Assembly (NCBI GenBank): GCA_046735815.1 | Contig: JBKPUA010000119.1 | Span: 1 to 45,646 of the forward strand | Reading direction: 5' to 3' | DNA from: Pseudomonadota bacterium | GTDB lineage: Bacteria; Pseudomonadota; Alphaproteobacteria; Rhizobiales; Xanthobacteraceae | Length of the DNA: 45,646 nucleotides | Part shown: positions 44,112 to 45,646 of the stretch, in pieces | How positions within the stretch are numbered: position 1 is the first letter of the stretch | How the letters are laid out: every line of letters starts with the position of its first letter | Translations under genes and position numbers: made by a program | Notes under the pieces: model-generated | The model's database searches: none | The model's input: only the letters and a program-made list of their open reading frames with translations | Told to the model about the DNA's origin: nothing

Positions 44112-44909
44112 CTAACCGCCGCGCCGGCCGCTGAACGCCGGCGGGCGCTTGCCCAGGAATGCGCGCACGCCCTCGGCGTAATCGGGTGTCAGGCTCGCCT
44201 CGTGTTGGGTCTCGCGCTCGAGGTCGAGCTGGGTGTCGAGGTCGTTGTCCCAGGACTCGTCGAGCACGCGCTTGATCAACGCGAGCGCCACCGTCGGCGC
44301 CTCGCTGAAATGGACGCAGAGCTTGTGCGCCTCCGCCATCAGCTCGAGGTCCTCGACCATGCGCCAGATCAGGCCCCAGGCTTCCGCCTTCTCGGCGGAG
44401 AGCGGCGCGGCGGTGAACGCAAGCCCACGGGCGCGGGCGGGACCGATCAGCCGCGGCAGGAACCAGGTGCCGCCGGAATCGGGCACCAAGCCGATCCTGG
44501 CGAACGCCTGGATGAAGGTCGCCGAGCGCGCCGCCAGCACGATGTCGCAGGCGAGCGCGATGTTGGCGCCGGCGCCGGCGGCGACGCCGTTGACGGCGGC
44601 AACGACGGGGAACGGCAACGTGCGCAGCTTGCGCACCAGCGGATTGTAATAGGTCTCGAGCGCGCTCCCGAGCACGCTCACTTGGCCGTCGGCGGACATT
44701 CGCTCGCGCAGGTCCTGCCCCGCGCAGAAGGCGCGGCCGGCGCCGGTCAGCAACAACGCGCGACACTCGCTATCTTCTTCGGCCTCGGCGAGCGCTGATT
44801 TGAGCGCCTGGTGCATGGCCTCGTTGAAAGCATTGAGCTGCTGCGGCCGGTTCAAAGTGATAACGCGGTAGCCAGCCTGGCGCTCGACCCGCACAGGTGC
44901 TTCTGCCAT
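44112..44909 (-). CDS. paaG: enoyl-CoA hydratase/isomerase, PaaG-like (2-(1,2-epoxy-1,2-dihydrophenyl)acetyl-CoA isomerase)
   Basis: The start reads CAT on the + strand at 44907-44909 and follows GAGGAGG on the coding strand. The protein is colinear with E. coli PaaG as remembered: LNRPQQLNAFN, LLLTGAGRAFCAGQDL, YNPLVRKLRTLPFPVVAAVNGVAAGAGANIALACD, LDTQLDLERE and YAEGVRAFLGKRPPAFSG. Confidence 0.75.
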   Translation of the reverse strand: MAEAPVRVERQAGYRVITLNRPQQLNAFNEAMHQALKSALAEAEEDSECRALLLTGAGRAFCAGQDLRERMSADGQVSVLGSALETYYNPLVRKLRTLPFPVVAAVNGVAAGAGANIALACDIVLAARSATFIQAFARIGLVPDSGGTWFLPRLIGPARARGLAFTAAPLSAEKAEAWGLIWRMVEDLELMAEAHKLCVHFSEAPTVALALIKRVLDESWDNDLDTQLDLERETQHEASLTPDYAEGVRAFLGKRPPAFSGRRGG

Positions 44910-45154
44910 GGGCGCCTCCTCGATGAGCTTCGACGGCCGCGATTGCTTCCCATCGTAGCGCGAGCCGCGCGTGAAATCGCGTTCGACCTGGGCCGGCGCA
45001 AGCGCGTCGCATACGAGCCTGGAGCGCGCTGGGAGGCGGCGGCGACCGAGGTTTTTGACCGACCGCGCGCTCATGGCCCATTGCATCTTGGATCGAAGAC
45101 TATAAGAAAATCAGACACACGACGGCCCACCGCCGGATCCTGGGAGGACTGTAA

Positions 45155-45646
45155 ATGAGCCCGAAATCGCCCATCAATCATGCCCGCATCACCCGCCGCA
45201 GCTTCGCTGCCGGCGCCGGTGCCGCCGGCCTGCTCGCCGGCACCGCACCGTTCAATGTCGTGCGCGCGCAGAGCGGGCCGCTCAAGGTCGGCGTCTTGTT
45301 GCCGCGCTCGGGCGCGCAGGCCGGCATCGGCCAGGATTGCCAGCGCGGCGTTGAGATCGCGCCGCCGATCTTCAAGGATCTCGGATTGCCTGAATTGGCG
45401 ATCATGAACGCCGACACCGAGACCAACGTGGAGGTGGCGCGGGCGCGGGCCGAGAAGCTGATCAACGACGGCGCTCAGCTCCTGGTCGGCGCCTTCGATT
45501 CCGGCCAATCGACGGCGATTGCGCAGGTCGCCGAGCAGAAGGGCATTCCCTTCGTCATCAACATCGCCGCGGCACCGCCGATCACCGAGCAGGGCTACAA
45601 GTTCGTGTTCCGCAACTTCCCGACCGCGCCGATGATTCTGAGCGAC
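45155..45646 (+). CDS. LivJ/PBP1-type ABC substrate-binding protein with Tat-like signal (3' end lies outside the window)
   Basis: Not in the ORF track because there is no stop codon. I translated it by hand from ATG 45155, which follows GGGAGGA: MSPKSPINHARITRRSFAAGAGAAGLLAGTAPFNVVRAQSGPLKVGVLLPRSGAQAGIGQDCQRGVEIA...GYKFVFRNFPT. It is open to the window end. Confidence 0.75.
   Translation, partial: MSPKSPINHARITRRSFAAGAGAAGLLAGTAPFNVVRAQSGPLKVGVLLPRSGAQAGIGQDCQRGVEIAPPIFKDLGLPELAIMNADTETNVEVARARAEKLINDGAQLLVGAFDSGQSTAIAQVAEQKGIPFVINIAAAPPITEQGYKFVFRNFPTAPMILSD

Noticed and set aside
42447-44798. 783-aa ORF on the plus strand
   Set aside because: It runs out of frame through both binding-protein genes and antisense through paaG. 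The composition is Arg/Gly/Asp-rich and shadow-like.

Overview
High-GC chromosomal segment that looks alphaproteobacterial. A Bradyrhizobiaceae/Nitrobacteraceae-like origin is inferred only from protein sequences and from several palindromic REP families of the types GTAGGGTGGGCA, GTAGCCCGGAT and GTAGGGCGGATT. G+C was not computed. I can support about 45 protein-coding genes, one frameshifted gene, one gene remnant, 7 REP-like elements in about 4 families, and a few hairpins or terminators. I found no rRNA, tRNA, CRISPR, transposase, integrase or phage gene. Contents in order: (1) a monoheme cytochrome c followed by a disrupted heme-c/beta-propeller gene, then an LLM monooxygenase, a Gfo/Idh/MocA oxidoreductase, a deacetylase and a C45 peptidase. 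(2) A periplasmic block with a pentapeptide-repeat protein, two PQQ methanol/ethanol-family dehydrogenases, three c-type cytochromes (counting the one in block 1) and a signal-peptide ankyrin protein. (3) An aryl-acyl-CoA region: a hotdog thioesterase / PaaK-like ligase / type-1 Idi operon, purC, a DpgC-like cofactor-independent dioxygenase, and a MarR regulator divergent from an operon of UbiD decarboxylase, two family-III CoA-transferases and UbiX. (4) A lower-GC islet of small genes, rpoD and a GntR remnant. (5) Mixed metabolism and transport genes: VOC, a third CoA-transferase, NMT1-type ABC parts, msrB, a Bug/TctC receptor, RraA-like, a Nu-class GST, an SDR, an esterase, a class II aldolase, two tandem solute-binding paralogues, paaG and a LivJ-type binding protein. 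The best candidate for a novel system is the MarR/UbiD/CoA-transferase pair/UbiX module at 20.3-25.9 kb. It has the same four-protein composition as the anaerobic phthaloyl-CoA decarboxylase pathway but sits in a different genomic and taxonomic context. Nearby are idi (a possible prenyl-donor supply for prFMN), an aryl-CoA ligase and an O2-dependent DpgC-like enzyme. All family calls rest on reading the translations and recalling conserved motifs. No database search was run.
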